NCBI RefSeq assembly: GCF_018350175.1
Contig: NC_058370.1
Span: 20,894,001 to 20,958,000 of the forward strand
DNA length: 64,000 nt
From: Felis catus
Lineage: Eukaryota
Direction of reading: 5' to 3'
The notes beneath the pieces were generated by a model. That model did not search any database and was not told the origin of the DNA. It was given only the letters and a program-made list of their open reading frames with translations. The stretch's first letter is position 1. Each line of letters starts with the position of its first letter. This document shows positions 63,072-64,000 of the stretch, piece after piece. The position numbers and the translations under genes are program-made.

Positions 63072-64000
63072 GTGCAGGGCTTTGTAGCTCACAAAGCATG
63101 TTGAAAACCGCAGTCATTTCCCTCCCACAATAAAAGCCTCGTGGTGCCAGGTAGGAGAGGAAGAAATCAACACACATCGAAGGTAGGCCGTTGCATCGTG
63201 GCCAGGCGGGCCATGGGCAGATGGGGCTCAATGTCTGCACCTGCTGAGAAACACGGGGGCACAAAGCCCCGAGAGCCTGCTGTCGCCTCTCTCCCCACCA
63301 GCTCAGCCCCCGGAGCCCCAACTCAGCCACGCAGCGCAGCCGAGTTTCCTGTTAAGAGCGTGACCTTCTGAAACCGGTGTGGTGGAGGCTGCAGCTGCAG
63401 GAAGGAGGGTATTTTTATCTGGGCCCTGCTTCCTGTTTGACGGCTGGGGGGTTTCGTGTGCTGGCGTTCGGTTTTGTCATTTCTGGTACAGACTCAGCAC
63501 GCTTGCCACAGCGGAACAGAGGCGTCTCCTAACAGGATAGCTGCCTGCCACCCAGGCCCACTGCCCAAGGCCCCTGTCCTTTGTCCCCCACCCACGCCCC
63601 CTGGCTGCTGCAGGACCACCTGTGAAACGTGTGGAAACGAGAGAGCCTGGCTGGGCAGGGGGAGACAGACGCGTTTCTGCTACAGGATGGAAAAACCCGC
63701 TCTTTTATCAGAGAGGAGCAGGCTGGGCCGGGAGGGGAGCAAGTATGCAGGTTTTCCAGAGCTTCTGGAACCCACTGCCCTTAGCAAGGCCTGGCTTGGG
63801 GAGGGCCAGCCTGCTGCTGGAGCAGAGTTAAATACAGAACTTGGGAATGTCCTCAGCCCTGGGACCTGGGGATCATTTGCTGATGCTCCCAGCAGCAGAC
63901 GAAAATGGACTGTCCCCAACGGTCCTGTCCCCAGGACTCAGCCAGATGCGGGAACAGAGAGCAAACACATCAGCATCTAACAAGCCAACGATAGCAAGAA

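Overview
Mammalian genomic DNA, almost certainly from a felid: it carries about 32 carnivore tRNA-derived SINEs, several of the young feline SINEC_Fc type with intact TSDs. Two spliced genes lie in tandem on the minus strand, in the same order as at human 20q11.23. (1) PPP1R16B/TIMAP: coding exons 3-11 (49179 to 27174) and a ~4.3 kb 3' UTR. Exons 1-2 are off the right edge. (2) FAM83D/CHICA: complete 4-exon CDS (20787 to 303; 1761 nt, 586 aa) with a CpG-island promoter of G2/M type (CHR, three CCAAT boxes, GC box, TATA-like). All introns are GT-AG and both reading frames are intact. The rest is SINE, L1, L2/MIR, MaLR/ERVL LTR, hAT-MER and simple repeats, plus five N gaps. Nearly all other ORFs in the track are noise. 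I found no convincing new gene or multi-gene system. Best leads: a phase-compatible PPP1R16B-FAM83D read-through fusion with a consensus CTCF site between the genes, a FOX:ETS/GATA/RUNX cluster in PPP1R16B intron 2, two degenerate LC8-binding QT anchors in FAM83D, inverted young SINEs bracketing an in-frame 876-nt exon block, and repeated SINE-into-SINE-tail nesting. Human comparisons and repeat subfamily names come from memory, not from database searches.
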